A stretch of 64,000 nucleotides of DNA from a virus. Taxonomy: Duplodnaviria > Caudoviricetes. This document shows positions 42,084 through 49,720 of the stretch, piece by piece. Each line of letters opens with the position of its first letter. The stretch's first letter is position 1. The DNA lies in IMG/VR virus record IMGVR_UViG_3300020177_000966. One strand, written 5' to 3'. The position numbers were made by a program, and so were the translations under genes. The notes under the pieces are model-generated. The model was not told the DNA's origin and searched no databases. It saw only the letters and a list, made by a program, of their open reading frames with translations.

Positions 42084-43024
42084 TGTGGACAACTGATACA
42101 CTAGAATGGATTGATATTGAACTTACTAGCTTTTGTAATATTAAGTGCAAAGGTTGTTTTAGAGTGATATCTAAACATGCAGATCAAATTTTAAATAAAA
42201 CTTATTTAGATCTTGAAGTTATTAAGCAAAGATTTCAAAAGGAAATGTTTCCTAATATTAAGATTATCAATTTTTGTGGCAGTGTGGACGAACCTTGCAG
42301 TCATCCTCAGTTTCATGAAATAGTAGAACACTTTGCAGAATGGGGATGTCATATTAATGTTGCAACCAATGGTAGTTTGCGTACGACACAATGGTGGGAA
42401 AAACTAGCAAAGATTATGCCGCCGAGCCATAAGGTAACATGGGGCATTGATGGTAGCGACGAACTAAGTGAAGTTTATAGAGAAGGCTCTAATTTTAAAA
42501 AAGTACAGCAAAATTATAGAGCATTTATTGGAGCAGGCGGCAAAGCCAATTGGCAGTTTATTGTATTTGAACACAATGAACACCAACTAGAAGTTGCAAA
42601 ACAAATGGCAACAAATGAAGGCTTTAAAGAATTTAAAACGATCATTAGTCATAGAAAAGATACTGGCGGAGTAAAACATAAAAAAGTTGAAGTAGAAGAG
42701 TCTAATTGTATCAGTTGCAAGTACGGTAATCAAAAACGTATTTTTGTAAATCATATGGGAAATGTAATTCCATGCTGTCATTTAAATGCAAAGATGTTAG
42801 AATATTCTGTATCTTCTATTCCAAAGGATAGATTTGAAGACATACTAGAACAACAAGATTATCTAACAGATATTAATTTAAAAAATGTTAGCTTAGAGCA
42901 AGCAATTAACGGAAAAGTTTGGACTGATATTAAAAACAGTTGGACGTCAGACAATAAAATTCCAAGATGTGAGCAAGTATGTAAAGAAAACAAAAGAGAT
43001 AAGTTTATAAAGGATAAACTATAA
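42083..43024 (+). CDS. Radical SAM protein with a C-terminal SPASM/twitch-like domain (subfamily A)
   Basis: CNIKCKGC; CGSVDEP; C-terminal SCKY..IFVNHMG.VIPCCH...CEQVC. Confidence 0.9.
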   Translation: MWTTDTLEWIDIELTSFCNIKCKGCFRVISKHADQILNKTYLDLEVIKQRFQKEMFPNIKIINFCGSVDEPCSHPQFHEIVEHFAEWGCHINVATNGSLRTTQWWEKLAKIMPPSHKVTWGIDGSDELSEVYREGSNFKKVQQNYRAFIGAGGKANWQFIVFEHNEHQLEVAKQMATNEGFKEFKTIISHRKDTGGVKHKKVEVEESNCISCKYGNQKRIFVNHMGNVIPCCHLNAKMLEYSVSSIPKDRFEDILEQQDYLTDINLKNVSLEQAINGKVWTDIKNSWTSDNKIPRCEQVCKENKRDKFIKDKL

Positions 43025-44208
43025 TGGAACCAGTAGCAAGTTATTTTAAATTTAATCCAACTGGCGCATTTAGTGTCGATTGGTATATTGGAAAAAGATG
43101 TAATTATGATTGCAGTTATTGTGTAGATTATTTGCACGATAATCATAGTCCACACGTTCCGTTAGAAAACATGAAGCGTCTTGTTGATGTAGTTTATGAA
43201 GAACATGGCACTAATGTATTTTGGAGTTTGACAGGTGGAGAGCCTACTGTGAATCCAAAGTTTATGGAGTTGTGTAAGTACATTAAAGAAGAAAAAGGTG
43301 CAAGATTTATTAGTATTACTACTAATGGAAGTAGAACTGCAAAATATTTAAAAGAGCTATTCCGATATCTAGACAGTATTACAGTTAGTTTTCATTTTGA
43401 ACACATGGCAGATAAGGTTGATGAATTTATTGAAAAGTTTATTGAACTGGATGATTGGCGTGTGGCATGGAATAAAGAACAAGAAGAAAAAGGACTTAAT
43501 CATAAAGACTTTAAAAACGGTTATACTCGAAAAAATTTAATATTAAGATTTATGGTTTATCCTGAGCAGTTTAATAATATTGAAAAAATGGAAACTGCAT
43601 TTAGGAATCATGGCATTACTAATATTGAACATAGATATATACGTCCACCAGGCGGCAATAGTAATGAACTATTACCTAGAACAAAACTAGACTTTGAAAA
43701 AAATAATGATACAATGGATCCTAAAATACTATTGTCTACGGACGACGAAGTAGAAATTAAGGTAATTGAAACTAGAGAAAAGAAATTTTATAAAGAAGGC
43801 GAAGAAGATAAAATTAAGAGAATTTATGAAAGCACTGTTACTCCAGATAAACGTAAATTAAAGTTTTGGTTCCAAGATGAAGAAAAACAATACAAAGATA
43901 TTGACTTTCATTACAACGAACTTAATTTTGACAAGAAAAATAATTATGAAGGCTGGCTATGTTGGGCAGGTGTAAAACATTTAAAAGTAACTCCTCCGGG
44001 AGACATTTATATTGGCAGTTGTCACGTTGGAGGAAAGAGAGGAAACATTTATGATAAAGACTCAATTGATCTTCCTTTAGAACCTATTAGATGTCCTAAG
44101 TGGAGATGTACAGATAATTTAGATTTAAAAGTTCCTAAGATTAAAGACTGGGAACATTATCATTTAATTAAAGATATGATTGAATGGAAGGTTGACAAAG
44201 ATCAATAA
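43024..44208 (+). CDS. Radical SAM protein (subfamily B)
   Basis: WYIGKRCNYDCSYC; LTGGEP; VSFHFE; C-terminal CWAG...SC...CPKWRC. Confidence 0.9.
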   Translation: MEPVASYFKFNPTGAFSVDWYIGKRCNYDCSYCVDYLHDNHSPHVPLENMKRLVDVVYEEHGTNVFWSLTGGEPTVNPKFMELCKYIKEEKGARFISITTNGSRTAKYLKELFRYLDSITVSFHFEHMADKVDEFIEKFIELDDWRVAWNKEQEEKGLNHKDFKNGYTRKNLILRFMVYPEQFNNIEKMETAFRNHGITNIEHRYIRPPGGNSNELLPRTKLDFEKNNDTMDPKILLSTDDEVEIKVIETREKKFYKEGEEDKIKRIYESTVTPDKRKLKFWFQDEEKQYKDIDFHYNELNFDKKNNYEGWLCWAGVKHLKVTPPGDIYIGSCHVGGKRGNIYDKDSIDLPLEPIRCPKWRCTDNLDLKVPKIKDWEHYHLIKDMIEWKVDKDQ

Positions 44209-44220
44209 GTGTGTTAGTAT
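44192..44220 (+). promoter_or_regulatory. Sigma70-type promoter TTGACA-N17-TAGTAT
   Basis: Perfect -35 at 44192-97, a 17-nt spacer, and -10 TAGTAT at 44215-20, 6 nt before the ATG at 44227. Confidence 0.6.
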
Positions 44221-44226
44221 AGTATT

Positions 44227-45351
44227 ATGACTGAAGACCTAAAATGGAGCAATTATGATTTTACTAAAATTCCTCTTGAGGATATTGTCTCTGTGGGGCA
44301 AAGAACTCTACTCTATAGGGATCTTTTTACTGTTAGTTGGTTGCTCGGCCGTTTTTGTAATTATAAATGCTCTTACTGCTGGCCGTACGCTCGCAGTGAC
44401 AGAAAAGATCATAGACCAACTGTATTATGTCTACGAACAGTGGACGAAATAAAAAGACAAGCAAGAGATAATGGTTTTAACAGCTTCCACTTCTCCTTGT
44501 CGGGAGGAGAGCCTACTTTCCATCCTGGATACTTGGACATTCTCAAACATCTTGCAGAAGATGTAGAAAACACAAACTATACAAGTATACACATGACTTC
44601 AAATTGTAGTAGAAATATGAAGTGGTTTGAAACTTATGTTGATTATGCAAAGCCCTTTCATAGGGCAAGTATTACAGCAAGTCTGCATACAGAACATGTA
44701 AACACAAAGGAGAAGATGCAGGAGTTCGCAGACAAATTAATCCTGTGTCAAGAAAACGATGTACAAATTACAATTAATCAAGTTATGGTTCCTGAATGGT
44801 TTGAAAGAGATTGGGAAAACGCTCTGTTCTTCCACGAGCAAGGTATCAATGTCACTCTTAAGCCTCAGTCCGATCCAACTGCCTCAAGAGTGGTTGATGG
44901 ATATACAGAAGAACAACTTAAAAAACTCTACAACGGAATGCCGCAAAGGGCATACACAGAAAGTAAACGAAAATGGGACGGCAGGCCTAAACCGTCATTC
45001 GAAATACCTAAAGGAATAAATGGCACCAACGACGCTAGTGTACCTTGGCATATGCAAGTAGAATTTGAGGATAAAAATGGAAAAAAATGGTACATGGATC
45101 AAGCTGAGCGTTTTAATGCTTTTAATTTTAATAACTTTAAAGGTTGGAATTGCAATGCCGGATACCAAGGAATCATTATTAGAGAGCCCGACGGTTCCGT
45201 TAAGCGATCCTATTCCTGTCACGATGTGCCGCTTGGAAATATTGAAACAGGATTTAAACTCTTTGATACCCCTATGCCCTGCATTACAAACTCCTGTGTC
45301 TCAAGTGCAGATTCAAAAATACCAAAAAGGAAAGTAGTGTGCCCGGAATAA
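44227..45351 (+). CDS. Radical SAM protein (subfamily B)
   Basis: WLLGRFCNYKCSYC; LSGGEP; ASLHTE; C-terminal CNAG...SC...CITNSC. Confidence 0.9.
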   Translation: MTEDLKWSNYDFTKIPLEDIVSVGQRTLLYRDLFTVSWLLGRFCNYKCSYCWPYARSDRKDHRPTVLCLRTVDEIKRQARDNGFNSFHFSLSGGEPTFHPGYLDILKHLAEDVENTNYTSIHMTSNCSRNMKWFETYVDYAKPFHRASITASLHTEHVNTKEKMQEFADKLILCQENDVQITINQVMVPEWFERDWENALFFHEQGINVTLKPQSDPTASRVVDGYTEEQLKKLYNGMPQRAYTESKRKWDGRPKPSFEIPKGINGTNDASVPWHMQVEFEDKNGKKWYMDQAERFNAFNFNNFKGWNCNAGYQGIIIREPDGSVKRSYSCHDVPLGNIETGFKLFDTPMPCITNSCVSSADSKIPKRKVVCPE

Positions 45352-45962
45352 TTCATATTGAACCAACTTCAAGATGTCCATTACAATGTCCTTTGTGTCC
45401 AAGAACAATATATTCAGATAAAATACAAAATACAGATTGTGATATTGAGCACTATAGTGATTTAACATCTACGTTTGACGAAATTATTATTTGTGGAAAC
45501 CACGGCGATCCAATATATCATAAAGATTTTATCGGATTAATACGTAAGATTAAAGAAAAGAACAACACTGCTAAATTAATTTTACATACTAACGGAAGTT
45601 ATAGAAGTAAAGATTGGTGGAGTAAATTAGCAAAAGTGTTTGATGCCAACGACGAAATTAATTTTAGTATTGATGGTATTGAAAGTAATAATCACATGTA
45701 CCGAGTAAATTCTAAGTGGGATTTAATTGTAAAGGGTATAGAAGCATTTAGAAAAAATAATAGTTCAACTAAGTTAATATGGAAACATATACTTTTTAAA
45801 TATAATCAAAATACTATTACACAAGCATTAGTAATAGCTAAACAATTAAATTTTGATCAGTTTATGATAGTACAAAGTAATCGCAATAGTGATAAATTTA
45901 ATCCTACAATAACAATTAATCAACTTGAAGAAAATATAAAAAATGATCTATCCACGATGTAA
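45339..45962 (+). CDS. Radical SAM core domain (subfamily A) lacking its C-terminal Cys domain
   Basis: CPLQCPLC; CGNHGDP; FSIDG...N..YRVN..W. It ends where its paralogs continue into the SPASM-like domain. Confidence 0.85.
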   Translation: MPGIIHIEPTSRCPLQCPLCPRTIYSDKIQNTDCDIEHYSDLTSTFDEIIICGNHGDPIYHKDFIGLIRKIKEKNNTAKLILHTNGSYRSKDWWSKLAKVFDANDEINFSIDGIESNNHMYRVNSKWDLIVKGIEAFRKNNSSTKLIWKHILFKYNQNTITQALVIAKQLNFDQFMIVQSNRNSDKFNPTITINQLEENIKNDLSTM

Positions 45963-46266
45963 GATTAATAAAGCCGCAGAATATATTGATAGTGATGGTT
46001 ATTATTATCCATGCTGTTGGATAGCTAATCAACCTTATGTTGATGATCTAAAAGAATTTCTCGGAGAAGATCTAAAAGACTTGCATACACAAAATAAATC
46101 CATACAGGATTTAAGGGAAAGTAAAGCATTAACTAAATTAGAAAATAGTTGGAATAAATCAGATTGCTTCTATGCTTGTAAGAAATTTTGTAGTAAAAAT
46201 CCTGCTGACATAAAAAATGAAGGCGGCGCTCACACAATTAACGAACACATTATTTTTAATCTTTAA
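45943..46266 (+). CDS. Stand-alone SPASM/twitch-like Fe-S domain (C-terminal half of the 45339 enzyme)
   Basis: PRC....YIDSDG..YPCCW...ACKKFC matches the C-terminal domain of subfamily A. Confidence 0.75.
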   Translation: MIYPRCKINKAAEYIDSDGYYYPCCWIANQPYVDDLKEFLGEDLKDLHTQNKSIQDLRESKALTKLENSWNKSDCFYACKKFCSKNPADIKNEGGAHTINEHIIFNL

Positions 46267-47437
46267 TAGTTACAAATATATCTGAAAATTGTGGATAACT
46301 TTCAAAAAAGTTTTGTCCTCTATGCTTATCTGTAATTTCTATATATCGTTTAAGATTAGGAAGTAAATAACTATCATCCTTGCTATTCATAAAATTTTTA
46401 ATATAATCTAAATTTTTATTAATTTTTGGGTTAGTACAAGTTTTTTGATAGTTGTTAAATTTTTCTGTAACACGTTTTTTGATATGTTCAGGCAATGATG
46501 TTACACAGAGTTTCTCAGGATATGTTAAGTGTGTTGGATTCATAACTTTAAATCCGTGATCGTTTTCCCACCACCATTCTAAACTTTCAGGCATATTCCA
46601 CACATTGAGTATGCTAATAGTACTACGCAATAGTACATCAAATCCGTGACTCTTTTTAAGTTCTAAAAAACGTTTAGTAACTGCTTCTGTAGTTTCGTAC
46701 TTAGCAGGCCAGCGAATGTATTCACTTTCTGATGGATTAGCACTATCAAAACTAAGAGCAAATTCTACTTTTTTAAATTTACTCCATTTTTCAATCCAGC
46801 TGTCTTTTGGCATAATAGTACAGTTAGTACTATAGTTTAAAAATATTTCACTGCAATCTCTTTCAGCAAGCATTTTATCTACAAGTACCCATTGGTCTTT
46901 AGTCATCAATGGCTCGCCGCCTGTAAATTTTACATGAACTAAATCATTAATAAACGGATATATGTTAGTAATATCACTTTTACTTTTTTCTACTTCATTA
47001 AACGATTTTCCGTAGATTAACTTTTCTTCATTAAACCATTTCCAACTGTATCTACTATCGCACATACGACATGCAAGATTACAGTCATTACTAATAGCAA
47101 GTTCGATCCAACCTATTTTTGGATTTTCAATATCAACTAACTGATCAATTGGCAATGCTTCGTTATCAAGATAGCGTTCACGTAAGCTCTTTTTTCCAGA
47201 CTCTTCTTCTTGATAGCAACGTACACACCCGTCTACTTGTTCACCAGCAAGCATCTTACGACGGATTTCTTCCATCCAGTCACCATAAAATATTTCACTT
47301 AATGTTTTATCGTTTAGGTTATGATCCTTTGGTCTAAACTTTTCAGCAAACCTACAACATGGTTTTACTCGTGCAGTAGGATCAATAAACTGATGATCCC
47401 ATGCCATACTGCAAAATGTTTTACTTGGAATTTTCAT
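46256..47437 (-). CDS. Radical SAM protein with an N-terminal twitch-like domain (opposite strand)
   Basis: FCSMAW......P..RVKPCC...DGCVRC, then CNLACRMC and FTGGEPL. The ATG at 47437 is preferred over the TTG at 47443. Confidence 0.9.
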   Translation of the reverse strand: MKIPSKTFCSMAWDHQFIDPTARVKPCCRFAEKFRPKDHNLNDKTLSEIFYGDWMEEIRRKMLAGEQVDGCVRCYQEEESGKKSLRERYLDNEALPIDQLVDIENPKIGWIELAISNDCNLACRMCDSRYSWKWFNEEKLIYGKSFNEVEKSKSDITNIYPFINDLVHVKFTGGEPLMTKDQWVLVDKMLAERDCSEIFLNYSTNCTIMPKDSWIEKWSKFKKVEFALSFDSANPSESEYIRWPAKYETTEAVTKRFLELKKSHGFDVLLRSTISILNVWNMPESLEWWWENDHGFKVMNPTHLTYPEKLCVTSLPEHIKKRVTEKFNNYQKTCTNPKINKNLDYIKNFMNSKDDSYLLPNLKRYIEITDKHRGQNFFESYPQFSDIFVTIKD

Positions 47438-48218
47438 CTTCAAATTTCTTTACAGGTGTAGGATCTTGAATATTATTTTGACTAAGTCCGTATGCTCGTT
47501 CGTAGCACCACCAACATTGACCACAAGGGATATCTAATTTTTTCGCAATAATTTGATCTCTCCAGTTATCACATGAACATGTTAACGTCATTAATTCGTC
47601 GATTAGATTATATTTTTTATACAGGCTTACAACATCTGCTTTATCTAAGTGAGAAAGCGGTGAAGCATTATATGGTCCTGTGTAAATGTCAAGTGTTCGG
47701 TCTCTATTCTTTTGTCTAAATTCATCATTTGGAAAATGTTTTCTAAACTCAACAGGTGGATTTTTTGTATTTCCGTTAACTTCAAAATTAACAACTTTAG
47801 ACATTAACATTTCTCTAATTTTAAGTATAATAAATTCTTTCTTGCCAACCCCTGACATAGTTGCTTCTTTTGTACACTGTTCTAAAGGAATAGCGTATTC
47901 TATAATATCTCCAAATTTAAAGTCTAATAATTCTTCTACTTTTTTTATAATAGCAAGAGGTTGTACAGGTAACTTAGTAGGGATATCAAAATGTATAGGT
48001 CTTACGTTGATAGTATAATTATTATCTTTTACTGTCTTTGCTACTAGATAGAGTAACAAGGCACTATCCATACCTCCACTTATTTGAACTCCCATGTTCT
48101 CCCATTCGGGATTGATAGGCACTATAGCATCTAATCCGCTTTTAGCTTTATACGTATGTTCTATTATTTTTTGATTCTTAGGAGGATATGAACCTTTGCT
48201 TCTGTATACATATGCCAT
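47421..48218 (-). CDS. QueC-like PP-loop ATPase (adenylating enzyme) with a C-terminal Zn-binding Cys cluster
   Basis: PP-loop ISGGMDSALL; C-terminal TCSC...PCGQCWWCYER. Confidence 0.7.
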   Translation of the reverse strand: MAYVYRSKGSYPPKNQKIIEHTYKAKSGLDAIVPINPEWENMGVQISGGMDSALLLYLVAKTVKDNNYTINVRPIHFDIPTKLPVQPLAIIKKVEELLDFKFGDIIEYAIPLEQCTKEATMSGVGKKEFIILKIREMLMSKVVNFEVNGNTKNPPVEFRKHFPNDEFRQKNRDRTLDIYTGPYNASPLSHLDKADVVSLYKKYNLIDELMTLTCSCDNWRDQIIAKKLDIPCGQCWWCYERAYGLSQNNIQDPTPVKKFEDENSK

Positions 48219-48224
48219 ATTGTA

Positions 48225-48264
48225 ATGTGTATCCTTTTTTTCTTATTAAATACACATATATTTA
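48225..48264 (-). promoter_or_regulatory. Late promoter core plus hairpin upstream of the QueC-like gene
   Basis: Minus-strand TAAATA at 48264-59. The 8-bp arms ATGTGTAT/ATACACAT (48225-32 and 48250-57) flank the AAGGA RBS. Confidence 0.55.
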
Positions 48265-48292
48265 CTAAAAGATATCGAATGGATTAGCGAAA

Positions 48293-48925
48293 GTGATTAA
48301 CCTCTACAACCATTTAACAGCATACGGAACAGTGTTTAAATTAAATCTTGTTCTAAATGATGTTAATAAGTTCCTTAACCTTACTGAACAAGACTTTGAG
48401 TATGTACCTTACAACCCAAGGAAGTCTGTTAATAGGTACGGATTAAGTATTACAAGTCTTGATGGAGGCGTCTCTGGTATTCCTGATCTAGATAGTTTAA
48501 TTGAATACAATAAAGATAATAATACAGACTATAGTGAAAGAGATTTTAAAACGTACACAGATGTGTATAATAAATCTCCTGAATTACAAGCATGTCTAGC
48601 ACCACTAAAGCAACATATTTTTAGAACTCATATTTTAAAACTCGACCCCGGCGGATATTTTCCTCCTCATAGAGATAATAAGACTACAAAAATAGATAGT
48701 TTTAGATTACTAATTCCGTTACGCAATGTTAACCCACCAAATTTTAGTTTTATAATTGATGGTAAGATTGAGCATTGGGATAATGGATGTGTGTACTTTG
48801 TAGATACTCTTAAAACACATTACCTATTTAATACTAGTTTTAAACCTTCATATATGATAGTTGTAAATGTAGACCTTAATGAAGAAACTGTAAATATTAT
48901 TTCAGATAATTTGAGTTACCTATGA
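48293..48925 (+). CDS. Fe(II)/2-oxoglutarate oxygenase, Asp/Asn beta-hydroxylase-like
   Basis: ILKLDPGGYFPPHRD (HxD)...RLLIPL...VDTLKTHYLFN (distal His). GTG start. Confidence 0.75.
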   Translation: MINLYNHLTAYGTVFKLNLVLNDVNKFLNLTEQDFEYVPYNPRKSVNRYGLSITSLDGGVSGIPDLDSLIEYNKDNNTDYSERDFKTYTDVYNKSPELQACLAPLKQHIFRTHILKLDPGGYFPPHRDNKTTKIDSFRLLIPLRNVNPPNFSFIIDGKIEHWDNGCVYFVDTLKTHYLFNTSFKPSYMIVVNVDLNEETVNIISDNLSYL

Positions 48926-49479
48926 TTGTTACAACAATTACTGATGAACACATACCTAAGTTAGAAATATTTTGCTCTAAAGCAAAGCAACTAGGCTACG
49001 AAAATAATTCAAGTTTAAAAGCAATGAAGTTTGATTGGTGCAAAGAACACGGTGAATTTTTTTGCGCAATTAAAGATAGTGAAATAGTGGCAGTAGCAGG
49101 ATGTCATCCTTTGCCTGAAGTTGGTGATACAGCATGGCGCATTATGTTTAGAGGCTGTGAGTTACCTCAAACTGATACCTTTCGGGGACTAGGTAAAGGA
49201 GATTGGAACAGTATTACACAACGTGAAATGATTCCTCGTTTTATAGAATGGTGCCCTACTGATCAACTATATATTAGCACAAACATACATCATGAACATT
49301 CTAATGGTAAAGCCGCTCGTAATCACAAGTTGATGGGATTATTGGCAAAACAGAAAATACTTGACAAACATAGTGAAATGATGTTATATTACACTGAGCA
49401 AACTGTCTGGAAATTAAATATTAATGAATACACTAGACGTAGAAGTTTGCTGAAAGGAGACTATGTGGTACAATCCTAA
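48922..49479 (+). CDS. Hypothetical protein, possibly GNAT-fold
   Basis: The FFCAIKDSEIVAVAG...WRIMFRG pattern is reminiscent of GNAT beta strands; the match is weak. Confidence 0.35.
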   Translation: MIVTTITDEHIPKLEIFCSKAKQLGYENNSSLKAMKFDWCKEHGEFFCAIKDSEIVAVAGCHPLPEVGDTAWRIMFRGCELPQTDTFRGLGKGDWNSITQREMIPRFIEWCPTDQLYISTNIHHEHSNGKAARNHKLMGLLAKQKILDKHSEMMLYYTEQTVWKLNINEYTRRRSLLKGDYVVQS

Positions 49480-49720
49480 ACACTTAGACGAAGCAAAGAA
49501 TAAAGCCGGTAAGCCTGATGCGGGCTATTGGTGGCACTTTCGTTTAGCAATGAACGAATTTTTCTTTTTATTAGCAGTAACTATAGGAAGTTTGATTCAC
49601 GCTATTTTTCCTTGGGTATTAGATTTTAAACTCCTTGAATGGAGAATTAATCGTTTAAAAGTCCTCAAAGAAAAATTGCCTGATGATCCTCAATTAAAGA
49701 AGGTACATTTTGATGACTAA
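49463..49720 (+). CDS. Small hydrophobic protein, DUF6356-like
   Basis: YWWHFRLAM...SLIHAIFPW resembles the Y.EH..FA...HA.FP pattern. Confidence 0.45.
   Translation: MWYNPKHLDEAKNKAGKPDAGYWWHFRLAMNEFFFLLAVTIGSLIHAIFPWVLDFKLLEWRINRLKVLKEKLPDDPQLKKVHFDD

Noticed and set aside
39848-45351. Viperin-like antiviral enzymes, suggested by the CNYxCxxC motif
   Set aside because: They lack viperin's CxFCFH continuation and C-terminal motifs, and they have an unrelated Cys-rich tail.
31620-47437. RiPP (ranthipeptide/sactipeptide-type) cluster
   Set aside because: No RRE/PqqD domain, Cys-rich or repetitive precursor, or peptide exporter is visible. The neighbours are GT, SGNH and methyltransferase genes. 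A distant protein substrate is not excluded.
31620-48218. 7-deazaguanine (preQ0/dpd) DNA-modification pathway, suggested by the QueC-like gene plus rSAMs
   Set aside because: No FolE, QueD or DpdA/TGT is in the window, and the rSAMs carry twitch/SPASM-like domains that QueE lacks. It cannot be excluded for the rest of the genome.
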